Under the pieces are notes generated by a model. The model ran no database searches. It was given only the letters and a program-made list of their open reading frames with translations, and was not told the DNA's origin. From an uncultured Muribaculaceae bacterium (GTDB taxonomy: Bacteria > Bacillota_I > Bacilli_A > RF39 > UBA660), in assembly GCA_964591225.1 (NCBI GenBank), contig CAZQAO010000002.1:1-41774 (forward strand): a DNA stretch of 41,774 bases, in the 5' to 3' direction. Every line of letters begins with the position of its first letter. The stretch's first letter is position 1. This document shows positions 33,789 through 41,774 of the stretch, in pieces. Position numbers and translations under genes: made by a program.

Positions 33789-35781
33789 AAATTATATACC
33801 ATTATTTCTAACATTATTTAGTGTAGAAATCCTATTTCGCGTTTTTTCTAATATGCCTCTTCTCGATTGGGCGATATTTCGAATCTTTTTAGGATGTAAT
33901 ATCATAGCTTTATTAGTTAGTTTTATTGAATTATTTTTTAAGGAAAAATTTGGTAATATCTTATCGGGAGTTGTTCTTTTTATAGCAACGATTTACGCCA
34001 TTTTACAAGCAGGATTTGAAAACTATATTGGGGTTTATGTATCTTTAGGAACTAGTTCTCAATTAGGAGCAGTAACCGAATATATAAAAGATTATTTTGA
34101 TTCGTTTAATCCCTTTTTTTATACTTTGTTAATTCCTTTTGCTCTTTATATTATTTATAAAGTTTTTTTCGAGAAAATAATTTTTCATCGTTATTATGAA
34201 GAAATGAATAATTTATTTCAAAAGAAAATTAATCGTCATTATAGTTATAGTGCTCTTATTATTTTAGTTATATTATGTGGAGTTTATTATCAAACTTTAA
34301 CCTTACCTTTTATGCAAAATGAATTACAATTAGAAAGTACTTCCAAATTATTTAAAAATCCTAGTAATCCTAATATTAGTGTCAATCAATTTGGCATATT
34401 GACATTTGGTTTACTAGATGTAAAAACTACTATTTTAAAAACGGAATCAACTGAAGTCTTAAATTTTACAGAAAAAGAACCAGAAGAAGTAACGGATTAT
34501 TCCAGAACTTTTGATGATACTAACTGGTTAGCATTAGATGCTGAAACCAATAATACTAATTATAAAAATTTAAATAATTACTTTATGAATAGAGATATTA
34601 CTAGTAAAAATGAGTATACAGGTCAATTTAAAGGCAAAAATTTAATTGTTATTATGATGGAAAGTGTCAATGAAATATTTATCAATCCAGAGTATTATCC
34701 TACTTTTTATAAAATGTATAATGAGGGTTGGAGTTTTGAAAATTCTTATTCTCCCCGAAATTCTTGTTCTACCGGAAATAATGAAATGAGTGGAATGATT
34801 AGTTTATATAGTATATATCGGACATGTACTGCTAATAATTATAAAAATAATCAATATTTTGAAAGTATTTTTAATTTATTTAATGAGGCGGGATATAACA
34901 CATCTTCTTATCATAATTATACAGAAAAGTACTATTATCGAGGAACAATTCATAAAAATATGGGGAGTGGAGCTTATTACGGCGTAAGTGATTTAGGCAT
35001 TGCCTATGATGAGGCTTATGAAGAATGGCCCAGTGATGTTTTATTAATGGAAGAAGCCATGAACCGAATTGATACTAATAATCCTTTTATGGCTTGGATT
35101 ACGACGGTAACTAGTCATCAACCATATTATTTATCTAGTGAAATGGGTGATAAACATCTAGATTTATTTGCTAATACCGATTATCCTACTTCTTTAAAAC
35201 GTTATATGTCTAAATTAAAAGAACTAGATTTAGCTCTCGCTCGCTTATTAGAATTATTAGAAGAAAAAGGCGTCTTAGATGATACAGTAATAGTATTATT
35301 TGGTGATCATTATCCATATGGTTTAAATACTAACGATATTAATTTAGTATTAGATTATGATGTCAATGAAAAGAATAATGTTGATAAAACTCCTTTTGTC
35401 ATTTATAATTCCAAGTTAGAAGCTCATCATTTTGATCAATATACTTCTTATATGAATATTTTGCCAACAGTAGCTAATTTATTTGATTTATCTTATGATC
35501 CTAGATGGTATGCGGGTGAAGATATTTTATCCCCAGACTATGTAAATTCTTATAAAAATCGGGTAGTTCTGGCGGATGGTTCTTGGGAAAATAGTAAAGC
35601 TATTTATAATGCTACGACTGGTAAGATCACTTATTTAAATACTGATACGTATACCAATGAAGAAATTATTAAGTATAATCAAGAAATTAATAATTTAATT
35701 AAAATGAGTAATTTAGCGATTAAAACCAATTATTTTAATTATTTACATGAAGGTTTAGAAGCCAAAAAAATAAATAATTAA
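33757..35781 (+). CDS. ltaS: LTA synthase family protein (LtaS-like; polytopic N-terminus plus extracellular sulfatase-fold domain)
   Basis: About 5 N-terminal TM helices, then MMESVNE, CSTGNNEMSG (nucleophile Thr context), HQPY and GDHYPYG. The start (33739 or 33757) is uncertain and overlaps the rnhB end. Confidence 0.82.
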   Translation: MKKIGKNKLFKNYIPLFLTLFSVEILFRVFSNMPLLDWAIFRIFLGCNIIALLVSFIELFFKEKFGNILSGVVLFIATIYAILQAGFENYIGVYVSLGTSSQLGAVTEYIKDYFDSFNPFFYTLLIPFALYIIYKVFFEKIIFHRYYEEMNNLFQKKINRHYSYSALIILVILCGVYYQTLTLPFMQNELQLESTSKLFKNPSNPNISVNQFGILTFGLLDVKTTILKTESTEVLNFTEKEPEEVTDYSRTFDDTNWLALDAETNNTNYKNLNNYFMNRDITSKNEYTGQFKGKNLIVIMMESVNEIFINPEYYPTFYKMYNEGWSFENSYSPRNSCSTGNNEMSGMISLYSIYRTCTANNYKNNQYFESIFNLFNEAGYNTSSYHNYTEKYYYRGTIHKNMGSGAYYGVSDLGIAYDEAYEEWPSDVLLMEEAMNRIDTNNPFMAWITTVTSHQPYYLSSEMGDKHLDLFANTDYPTSLKRYMSKLKELDLALARLLELLEEKGVLDDTVIVLFGDHYPYGLNTNDINLVLDYDVNEKNNVDKTPFVIYNSKLEAHHFDQYTSYMNILPTVANLFDLSYDPRWYAGEDILSPDYVNSYKNRVVLADGSWENSKAIYNATTGKITYLNTDTYTNEEIIKYNQEINNLIKMSNLAIKTNYFNYLHEGLEAKKINN

Positions 35782-35800
35782 TTATTAGAAAGGAATAACT

Positions 35801-37828
35801 ATGAAAAAATTAGTGATTGTTGAATCTCCTGCCAAGAGTAAAACTATTGAGAAATATTTAGGTAGTGGTTATAAAGTTGTTTCTAGTAAAGGTCATATTA
35901 GAGATTTAGCAACAAGTGGTAAGTTTGGGTTAGGAGTTGATGTTGATCATGATTTTACTCCTAATTATGTACCTATTAAAGGAAAATCTAAGGATATTAA
36001 TGCTTTAAAAAAAGATGTCGCTAATAGTAGTTATGTGTATTTAGCAACTGACCCCGATCGGGAAGGGGAAGCTATATCTTGGCATTTAAAAGATACTTTA
36101 GATATTGATGATAATTATAGTCGGGTTGTATTTAACGAAATAACGAAAGATGTCGTTCTTAAATCGATGCAAGAACCACGAAAAATTGATGAAAATTTAG
36201 TTAAAAGTCAAGAAACTAGAAGAATATTAGATCGGATTATCGGTTTTCGTTTAAGTAAATTAATGCAATCGAAAACTGGAGGTAAGAGTGCTGGACGGGT
36301 ACAAAGTGTGGCCTTAAAATTAATTGTTGATCGGGCCCGGGAAATAGAAGCTTTTGTTCCAGTTGAGTATTGGACAATTGCCGCTGATTTTAAAGATTTT
36401 CAAGCTAATTTAGAAAAATATCATGGTAAAAATGTAAAAATATCTTCTGAAGTCGAAGCTAATGAAATTCTTTCCAAATTAAGTAATGCTTTTAAAATAG
36501 ATTCGGTTCAAGAAACTAATACAGAACATAAAGCCAAACCAGTATTTAAAACATCAACTCTCCAACGAATGGCTGCTAATAAAATTAATTTTGCTCCTTC
36601 TAAAACCATGCGTATCGCTCAAAAATTATATGAAGGAATCGATATTGGGAGTGAAACTGTCGGTTTAATTACTTATATGAGAACTGATTCCGAACGGATT
36701 TCTAATACTTTTGTAGCCGAAACTTATGACTATATTAAAAAGAATTTTGGACCTGAATATATTGGTGGTATTAAAGTCGGTAAAAAAGATAAAATGGCTC
36801 AAGATGCTCATGAAGGAATTCGCCCAACTAGTATTTATAGAACTCCAGAAAGTATTAAAAAATATTTAACTGCTGATGAATATAAATTATATCAATTAAT
36901 TTATATAAGAGCTTTATCTTCTTTAATGGCTAATGCTAAATTTATATCTACTAATGTTTTCTTAGAAAATAATGGTTATATGTTTAAAGCTACTGGTAGT
37001 GTGTTAAAATTTGATGGTTATTTAAAAATGTATCATAATTACGAAGATCAAAATGATACTTTATTACCAGATTTTGCTTCTTATAAAAGTAATACGGTAA
37101 TTGCTAATGCTTTATTAAAAGAACAACATTTTACTAAACCGCAACCAGAATATACAGAAAGTAGTTTAATTAAAGAAATGGAAAATTTAGGCATTGGTCG
37201 ACCTAGTACTTATGCTACTATCTTGTCGACTATTAAAGACCGCGGTTATGTAGTTTTAAAAGATAAAAAATTAATTCCGACCGCTATTGGTATTGAAACT
37301 ACTGATAAATTACAAGAATTTTTTAGTGATATTGTTAATGTCGAATACACTAGTGCTATGGAAACTGATTTAGATAAAATAGCGGAAGCTAAAGAAGATA
37401 ACGTAAAAGTTTTAAGAGCTTTTTATGATAAGTTTGAACCATGTGTCGAAGAAGCTTTTGATAAAATGGAAAAAAAGGAAGCCGAAAAAACTGGGGAAGT
37501 ATGTCCCGAGTGTGGTAGTGATTTAGTAATCCGTAATGGTAAATATGGTTCGTTTATTGCTTGCAGCAATTATCCTACCTGTAAATATATTAAAAAAGAA
37601 GAAAAACCCGTAACTGAAATTATGAATTGTCCTGAATGTGATGGCAAAATTATTGAGAAGAGAACTCGTAAAGGGAAAATATTTTATGGCTGTAGTAACT
37701 ATCCTAAATGTTCCGTAGCTTTATGGTATAAACCAACAGGAGAATTTTGTCCCGAATGTAATCATTTGTTAATGACTAAAAAAGATAAAATAGTTTGTTC
37801 TAATTGTGATTTTACAAAAGATAGTTAA
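35801..37828 (+). CDS. topA: DNA topoisomerase I
   Basis: TOPRIM KLVIVESPAKSKTIEKYLG and DPDREGEAISWH, the active-site region GLITYMRTDS, and three C-terminal Cys4 zinc ribbons. Confidence 0.95.
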   Translation: MKKLVIVESPAKSKTIEKYLGSGYKVVSSKGHIRDLATSGKFGLGVDVDHDFTPNYVPIKGKSKDINALKKDVANSSYVYLATDPDREGEAISWHLKDTLDIDDNYSRVVFNEITKDVVLKSMQEPRKIDENLVKSQETRRILDRIIGFRLSKLMQSKTGGKSAGRVQSVALKLIVDRAREIEAFVPVEYWTIAADFKDFQANLEKYHGKNVKISSEVEANEILSKLSNAFKIDSVQETNTEHKAKPVFKTSTLQRMAANKINFAPSKTMRIAQKLYEGIDIGSETVGLITYMRTDSERISNTFVAETYDYIKKNFGPEYIGGIKVGKKDKMAQDAHEGIRPTSIYRTPESIKKYLTADEYKLYQLIYIRALSSLMANAKFISTNVFLENNGYMFKATGSVLKFDGYLKMYHNYEDQNDTLLPDFASYKSNTVIANALLKEQHFTKPQPEYTESSLIKEMENLGIGRPSTYATILSTIKDRGYVVLKDKKLIPTAIGIETTDKLQEFFSDIVNVEYTSAMETDLDKIAEAKEDNVKVLRAFYDKFEPCVEEAFDKMEKKEAEKTGEVCPECGSDLVIRNGKYGSFIACSNYPTCKYIKKEEKPVTEIMNCPECDGKIIEKRTRKGKIFYGCSNYPKCSVALWYKPTGEFCPECNHLLMTKKDKIVCSNCDFTKDS

Positions 37829-37858
37829 GAAAATATAAAGAAAATTTATATTTTTTTA

Positions 37859-37867
37859 TGGTATAAT
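37859..37867 (+). promoter_or_regulatory. Extended -10 promoter (TGgTATAAT) for the small ORF plus Xer recombinase
   Basis: TGGTATAAT lies 22 nt upstream of ATG 37890 and is preceded by an AT-only hairpin after topA. Confidence 0.45.
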
Positions 37868-37889
37868 ATAAATGAATGAGGTGAATAAA

Positions 37890-38141
37890 ATGGGTTATTT
37901 TAGTAATTACGATGCTTTAAAAAAAGAAAATACGATTGAAAGAGAAGATGGAGTAGCTAAAACGATTTTAGAAGCTTTTCCTAATAAGGAATATGATGAT
38001 CTTTGTAAGTTAAGTGATCAACAACTTCAAAATTTATATCGCCGTGCTTTAAAAAAGAAAAAAGAAGTCGCCGAGCAATATAAATTATTTAATCAAAATA
38101 AAGAATTAGATGATGAATCAAGTACTTTAGGGCGTTTATAA
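37890..38141 (+). CDS. Small charged hypothetical protein (83 aa) translationally coupled to the Xer recombinase
   Basis: ATG 37890 follows SD GAGGTGA. Its stop TAA shares an A with the recombinase ATG (TAATG at 38139-38143). No family recognised. Confidence 0.5.
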   Translation: MGYFSNYDALKKENTIEREDGVAKTILEAFPNKEYDDLCKLSDQQLQNLYRRALKKKKEVAEQYKLFNQNKELDDESSTLGRL

Positions 38142-39040
38142 TGGAAGAAGAAATTAATAATTTCTTAACTTATTTACATGCTCAATTAAACTATAGTGAT
38201 CTTACTATAAAATCTTATCACTTAGAACTTTTAAAATATTATCAATTTATTAAAGCTAAGAAAATTGATTATTTACAAATTAATAAAGATGAGGTAAGAG
38301 AATATTTAAAATATTTAGATAGTTTACATTATCAAAGTTCTAGTGTATCGAGAAATTTAAGTGCTCTAAGATCTTTTTATAAATATTTAGTTCAAGAGGG
38401 TTATATTACTAAAAATATTTTTCATAGTATTCATAATCCTAAAAAAGAAAAAAAATTACCTAATTTTGTTTCCGAAGTTGATATGGATTTATTGTTTTCT
38501 TTTCCTGAAAGTAAGCAATATAAAAAAAGTATTTATACCAATCGTGATTTATTAATTATTGAATTATTATATGATACCGGTTGTCGGGCTAATGAACTTG
38601 TTAATATTAAATTAAAAGATATAATTAAGACGGAAAAAAGTATTCGTATTTTAGGTAAAGGTAAAAAAGAACGAATTGTTTTTTATGGAGAATATACTGA
38701 AGAAACAATGGCTCTTTACTTAAATGATCGGGATGTCATTTTAAATGGTAAACCGAGTGAATATTTATTAGTATCCAGAGAAAGTGATAAGTTAACAACC
38801 AGGCGAGTGGCTCAAATATTAGATCAAATTATTGAATTAGTAAGTTTAAAAAATAAAATAACTCCTCATACCCTAAGACATAGTTTTGCTACGCATCTTT
38901 TGAATAATGGTGCTGACTTACGTAGTGTCCAAGAACTTTTAGGTCATTCTTCTTTATCGACAACCCAAATCTATACTCATGTTTCGAATGAGCGCTTACG
39001 CCAAATATATTTAGAGACTCATCCTCGAAATCAGGGATAA
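38141..39040 (+). CDS. xerC: Tyrosine recombinase of the XerC/XerD family
   Basis: An N-terminal SAM-like core-binding domain and the catalytic residues R...HTLRHSFATHLL...LLGHSSLSTTQIYTHV. I call it XerC (CodV-like) only because of its position after topA. XerD cannot be excluded. Confidence 0.8.
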   Translation: MEEEINNFLTYLHAQLNYSDLTIKSYHLELLKYYQFIKAKKIDYLQINKDEVREYLKYLDSLHYQSSSVSRNLSALRSFYKYLVQEGYITKNIFHSIHNPKKEKKLPNFVSEVDMDLLFSFPESKQYKKSIYTNRDLLIIELLYDTGCRANELVNIKLKDIIKTEKSIRILGKGKKERIVFYGEYTEETMALYLNDRDVILNGKPSEYLLVSRESDKLTTRRVAQILDQIIELVSLKNKITPHTLRHSFATHLLNNGADLRSVQELLGHSSLSTTQIYTHVSNERLRQIYLETHPRNQG

Positions 39041-39056
39041 TTGTACATTTTTTGTC

Positions 39057-39091
39057 AAACGAAAGGCGATTCGTTGTTCTTTCGTTTTTTT
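39057..39091 (+). terminator. Intrinsic terminator after the recombinase gene
   Basis: 9-bp stem AAACGAAAG / CTTTCGTTT (39057-39065 and 39079-39087), followed by a T-run. Confidence 0.7.
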
Positions 39092-39094
39092 GAT

Positions 39095-39103
39095 TGTTAT
39101 AAT
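39095..39103 (+). promoter_or_regulatory. Extended -10 promoter (TGtTATAAT) for ppdK
   Basis: TGTTATAAT sits between the terminator and SD AAGGAGGG. Confidence 0.5.
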
Positions 39104-39121
39104 AAATAAAGGAGGGATAAG

Positions 39122-41749
39122 ATGGCTAAATATGTCTATGCTTTTGAAGAAGGAAATAAAGATATGCGGGAGCTTTTGGGAGGTAAAGGTGCTAATTTAG
39201 CCGAAATGACTAACTTAGGTTTACCAGTTCCTCATGGTTTTACAATTACTACCGAAGCTTGTCAAATATATTATGAAAAAGATCGAACCATCCCACAAGA
39301 TATTGAAACCGAAATTAGTGCTAAATTAAAAGAATTAGAAAGTAAAAGTGGCAAAAACTTTGGTGATGCCAAAAATCCATTATTAGTAAGTGTTCGTAGT
39401 GGTTCCCGAGCTAGTATGCCCGGCATGATGGATACAATTTTGAATTTAGGATTAAATGATGACGTGGCAGCTGCATTAAGTGATAATGAAGAAAATAAAC
39501 GATTTATTTATGACTCTTATCGGCGTTTAATTATGATGTTTGCTAATGTGGTTAAAGGTTATTCTAAAGATACCTTTGAAAGACATTTAGATACTTATAA
39601 AAAAGATCATAATAAAAAAAGTGATTTAGATTTAACAGCAGCAGATTGGTTTACAATTACCAATGATTATAAAAAAATATATAAGGAAATTGTAAAAGAA
39701 GAATTTCCTATTGATCCGATGACTCAATTAATCGAAGCTGTCAAAGCGGTATTTAATAGTTGGAAAAATGAACGAGCTATTTATTATCGAAAATTAAATC
39801 ATATTCCTGAGGATTGGGGAACAGCAGTAAATATTCAAGAAATGGTTTATGGCAATTTAAATGAATTTTCTGGGACAGGAGTGGCTTTTTCCCGAAATCC
39901 TTCTACGGGGGAAGATAAATTATATGGTGAATATTTAATTAATGCTCAAGGCGAAGATGTCGTTTCCGGAGTACGAACTCCGGAAAATATCTTGACGTTA
40001 AAAGATAAAATGCCAGATATTTATGAGCAATTTTTACATATTGCTAAACAATTAGAACAACATTATCATGATATGCAAGATATGGAATTTACAATCGAAA
40101 ATAACAAATTATATATTTTACAAACTAGGAACGGAAAAAGAACTGCTACTGCGGCCATTAAAATAGCAGTTGATATGGTAAAAGAAGGATTAATTACGAA
40201 AGAAGAAGCTATATTAAGAGTAGAGCCGGAACAAATTGAAAGTCTTTTACATCCCACATTCCAAGAAGAGTCTTTAAAAAATGCTGCAAAAATTGCCCAT
40301 GGTTTAGCAGCTTCTCCTGGGGCAGCTGTTGGTCGTATTTGCTTTGAAGCTAGTGAAGCTATAGCCGAAGCCAAAAAAGGACTTTCGCCAATTTTAGTTC
40401 GTTTGGAAACAAGTCCCGAAGATATTGAAGGTATGCACTCATCAAGTGGTGTCTTAACTCTACGAGGCGGTATGACTAGCCATGCCGCTGTCGTCGCCCG
40501 GGGAATGGGCCGGTGTTGTATTACGGGCTGCAATGATTTAGAAATCGATATGGATAACCAAGTTTTAATAACTAAAAATGGTGTTACTTTAAAAAAAGGT
40601 GATACTATTTCCTTAGATGGTAATACTGGTAATGTCTACGAGGGAGCTATTGAAACCACGGAAGCTACTATTAGTGGTGATTTTGAAACATTTATGAATT
40701 GGGTTGATGAAAATAAAAGTCTAAAAGTTAGGGCTAATGCGGAAACCGTTAAAGATGCTGAAGTAGCCATGAAATTTAACGCTGAAGGAATTGGTTTATG
40801 TCGAACGGAGCATATGTTTTTCTCATCCGATCGCATTTTTAATTTTCGAAAAATGATTTTAGCTACTACCAAACAAGAACGAGAAGATGCTCTTGCTGAA
40901 ATTTTAACTTATCAAAAAGCCGATTTTGTCCAATTATTCCAAATTGTAGCTCCCCATTCAATAGTAATTCGGTATTTAGATCCACCTTTACATGAATTCT
41001 TACCTAAAACTGATCCAGAAATCCAAGCTTTAGCAGAAAGCTTGCATATAACTAAAGAAGTAATTCTAAATAGAATTAAAGAATTAAAAGAAGCAAATCC
41101 TATGATGGGTCATAGAGGATGTCGTTTAGCAATAACTTTCCCAGAAATTGCAGTAATGCAAACAAGAGCTATTATCGAAGCTGCAATTCAAGTATCTAAA
41201 CAAGGTAAAACAGTAAAACCAGAAATTATGATTCCGCTAGTTGGTGATGCCGAAGAATTAAAATTTGTTAAGGATATTGTTATGCAAACAGCTAATAAAA
41301 TAATGACAGAACAAAATTATCAAATTGAAATAAAAATTGGAACTATGATTGAATTACCAAGAGCAGCAATTATGTCGGCATCTATTGCAGAAGAAGCTTC
41401 TTTCTTCTCTTATGGAACTAATGATTTAACGCAAATGACTTATGGTTTTAGTCGTGATGATGCTGGTAAGTTTTTAGAATCATATTATCAAGAAAAGATT
41501 TTTACTCAAGATCCTTTTGTTCATATTGATGAAGAGGGAGTAGGAAGATTAATGGAAATATCTATTGCTGAAGCAAAGAAAGTTAATAGTAATATTGAAT
41601 TAGGAGTTTGTGGCGAACACGGCGGAGATGCTCAAAGTATTAATTTCTTTAATAAAATAGGTTTAGATTATGTTTCTTGCTCACCTTATCGAGTACCGAT
41701 TGCTAAACTTGCTGCAGCTCAAGCAAATATCAAAAATGGGAGGAACTAA
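39122..41749 (+). CDS. ppdK: Pyruvate, phosphate dikinase
   Basis: GGKGANLAEM, the phosphohistidine swivel GGMTSHAAVVARG, and a PEP-utilising C-terminal TIM barrel (GLCRTEHMFF, FFSYGTNDLTQ, CGEHGGD). Confidence 0.95.
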   Translation: MAKYVYAFEEGNKDMRELLGGKGANLAEMTNLGLPVPHGFTITTEACQIYYEKDRTIPQDIETEISAKLKELESKSGKNFGDAKNPLLVSVRSGSRASMPGMMDTILNLGLNDDVAAALSDNEENKRFIYDSYRRLIMMFANVVKGYSKDTFERHLDTYKKDHNKKSDLDLTAADWFTITNDYKKIYKEIVKEEFPIDPMTQLIEAVKAVFNSWKNERAIYYRKLNHIPEDWGTAVNIQEMVYGNLNEFSGTGVAFSRNPSTGEDKLYGEYLINAQGEDVVSGVRTPENILTLKDKMPDIYEQFLHIAKQLEQHYHDMQDMEFTIENNKLYILQTRNGKRTATAAIKIAVDMVKEGLITKEEAILRVEPEQIESLLHPTFQEESLKNAAKIAHGLAASPGAAVGRICFEASEAIAEAKKGLSPILVRLETSPEDIEGMHSSSGVLTLRGGMTSHAAVVARGMGRCCITGCNDLEIDMDNQVLITKNGVTLKKGDTISLDGNTGNVYEGAIETTEATISGDFETFMNWVDENKSLKVRANAETVKDAEVAMKFNAEGIGLCRTEHMFFSSDRIFNFRKMILATTKQEREDALAEILTYQKADFVQLFQIVAPHSIVIRYLDPPLHEFLPKTDPEIQALAESLHITKEVILNRIKELKEANPMMGHRGCRLAITFPEIAVMQTRAIIEAAIQVSKQGKTVKPEIMIPLVGDAEELKFVKDIVMQTANKIMTEQNYQIEIKIGTMIELPRAAIMSASIAEEASFFSYGTNDLTQMTYGFSRDDAGKFLESYYQEKIFTQDPFVHIDEEGVGRLMEISIAEAKKVNSNIELGVCGEHGGDAQSINFFNKIGLDYVSCSPYRVPIAKLAAAQANIKNGRN

Positions 41750-41774
41750 TAATAATTGATCAAGACTTAGGTAA

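Noticed and set aside
40066-40872. Minus-strand ORFs 40066..40533 and 40636..40872 inside ppdK. Similar antisense or alternate-frame ORFs occur at 5180..5362, 7439..7729, 11081..11281, 16103..16306, 21536..21751, 23141..23338, 23586..23771 and 32520..32747.
   Set aside because: All are nested within strongly supported conserved genes (smc, comEA, recD2, xseA, proS, rbgA, ppdK). None has a ribosome-binding site, and none shows recognisable motifs.

Overview
This is an AT-rich chromosomal segment (about 30% G+C by eye). It uses the standard genetic code: TGA acts as a stop at 2830-2832, 27154-27156 and 28920-28922. The source looks like a low-GC, endospore-forming Bacillota genome. The short SMC and compressed operons suggest a small genome, possibly Erysipelotrichia-like, but that is inference only.

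Almost everything is housekeeping and lies on the + strand. In order, the window contains:
- tRNA-Lys, ku, a ligase-only ligD, and tRNA-Ser
- yidD and a ZnuA-fold lipoprotein (minus strand)
- rnc, smc, an atypical kinase-like gene, def (minus strand), a YjcZ-like tiny sporulation protein (minus strand), and a SEDS protein
- comEA, comEC, holA, an orphan ORF, recD2 and a small membrane ORF
- mutS, an orphan ORF, nusB, xseA, xseB and proS
- spoIVB, a SPOR protein, radC, mreC, mreD, a spoIVFA-like gene and spoIVFB
- rplU, prp, rpmA, rplS and lepB
- ASCH and HD-domain genes, rbgA, rnhB, ltaS and topA
- a small ORF, a Xer recombinase and ppdK

I found no CRISPR array, IS element, rRNA or intact prophage. 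I also see no convincing multi-gene novel system. The points most worth a second look are:
- a decayed mobile or defence-island remnant (Abi_2 and XRE-like fragments) beside tRNA-Lys at the left edge
- a minimal Ku plus ligase-only NHEJ module between two tRNA genes
- an orphan ZnuA-fold lipoprotein with all canonical metal ligands replaced, overlapping yidD
- an atypical kinase-like gene where ftsY normally follows smc
- mutS followed by a 154-aa coiled-coil orphan instead of mutL
- tight clustering of the pro-sigma-K checkpoint genes (spoIVB, spoIVFA-like, spoIVFB) around an mreB-less and minCD-less radC-mreCD block
- an HD-domain gene bracketed by a 37-nt promoter-containing direct repeat
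- a small ORF translationally coupled to the Xer recombinase

All protein-family calls come from motif recognition by eye. No searches were run.
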